Shown here: positions 41,608 to 42,137 of the stretch, in pieces
Position numbering within the stretch: the stretch's first letter is position 1
Layout of the letters: each line of letters begins with the position of its first letter
IMG/VR virus record: IMGVR_UViG_3300022468_000500
DNA: 42,137 nt
Source: a virus
Taxonomy: Duplodnaviria; Heunggongvirae; Uroviricota; Caudoviricetes
Reading direction: 5' to 3' (one strand)
Position numbers and translations under genes: made by a program
The notes under the pieces: model-generated
The model's input: the letters and a program-made list of their open reading frames with translations, nothing else
Database searches by the model: none
Told to the model about the DNA's origin: nothing

Positions 41608-41845
41608 TATAAATATTCCTAATTAAGTATTTGCCGTCAGGCTGTTCAATAATTTCTAGTACTGACTTCATTTCCATCAAGAAGTCAAATACGTGTGTTA
41701 GCTTACTAGTTTCTAATGGAGTACCTTTCAGTAGCTCCATTACTTCTTCCATGTCTGATACTGCTAATTCTACTGGTTCGTTACCCCACAAAGCTAAAAT
41801 GTGAGGTAATGGATTCTCACTCCATGAGTCCATCAGAAATACCAA
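41597..41845 (-). CDS. Hypothetical protein (~82 aa, start uncertain)
   Basis: Overlaps both neighbours in a packed operon. Confidence 0.55.
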   Translation of the reverse strand: MVFLMDSWSENPLPHILALWGNEPVELAVSDMEEVMELLKGTPLETSKLTHVFDFLMEMKSVLEIIEQPDGKYLIRNIYNGR

Positions 41846-42137
41846 TACCGAATACGTATTTTAGATGAGCACCAGCATGATCTGCAGATACAGTACCTAG
41901 ATTATAGTTTGTGTATCGTCCTTCGTCGAAGGCACGTAGTGCCATTAGATTACCGATCTTCTTGCTGAATACGTCGTCTTTGCTGCAGTACACCGCAGCG
42001 ACCTGATAATTGCGACAGTTTTTCATGTCTGGACGCAAAGGAAGATACGCAATGGTTAGTCCACCTTTAGGTGTACCTGAACGTCGGTTAAATACGTGTG
42101 CAAGACGTACTCCTTGACCACGTACTAGGTTTTCTAG
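41817..42137 (-). CDS. Hypothetical protein, 5'-truncated by window edge
   Basis: The frame is open from 42137 (LENLVRGQG...GGLTIAY...YCSKDDVFSKKIG), so the ORF-track start at 42038 is internal. Confidence 0.7.
   Translation of the reverse strand, partial: LENLVRGQGVRLAHVFNRRSGTPKGGLTIAYLPLRPDMKNCRNYQVAAVYCSKDDVFSKKIGNLMALRAFDEGRYTNYNLGTVSADHAGAHLKYVFGIGISDGLME

Noticed and set aside
1-42137. CRISPR array, stop-codon reassignment or integrase/lysogeny genes
   Set aside because: No regularly spaced DNA repeats are present. All recognisable genes translate intact in code 11 apart from the two -1 junctions. No integrase or repressor is seen.

Overview
A 42-kb fragment of a lytic T5-like (Demerecviridae-type) tailed dsDNA phage using the standard genetic code. 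The + strand (1-19935) is the end of the late region. It carries the 3' part of the tail-tube gene, a tail assembly chaperone pair joined by a -1 slippery site, a very long 3168-aa tape measure protein, and a non-T5 tail-tip/fibre module. These are followed by a lysis block (permuted papain-like enzyme, i-spanin, o-spanin, 3-TM holin-like ORF, lytic transglycosylase), a free-standing GIY-YIG endonuclease and phoH. The - strand (19980-42137) is the T5-type replication arm. In transcription order it carries small ORFs interleaved with three tRNAs, then D3, D2-like, PC4-like, split NAD ligase A/B, D5, helicase, primase, PolA, D10, D11, D12, glutaredoxin, D13, D14, D15, dUTPase, a short C5-methyltransferase-like gene and a class II (B12) ribonucleotide reductase. 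The arms converge on a bidirectional terminator. The strongest novel signal is in the lysis block. The catalytic half of the transglycosylase has no start codon and is reachable only by a -1 shift out of the holin-like ORF at C-CCA-AAA (16827-16833), and a candidate stem/pseudoknot begins 6 nt downstream. This is either a programmed frameshift setting the membrane-protein/endolysin ratio or a single-base error. Other signals are the chimeric giant tape measure protein with two alpha/beta repeat arrays, apparently leaderless mRNAs for both ligase halves, and a tRNA-Thr(UGU) with a long variable arm. Family assignments come from motifs and remembered similarity to T5 proteins; no database search was run.
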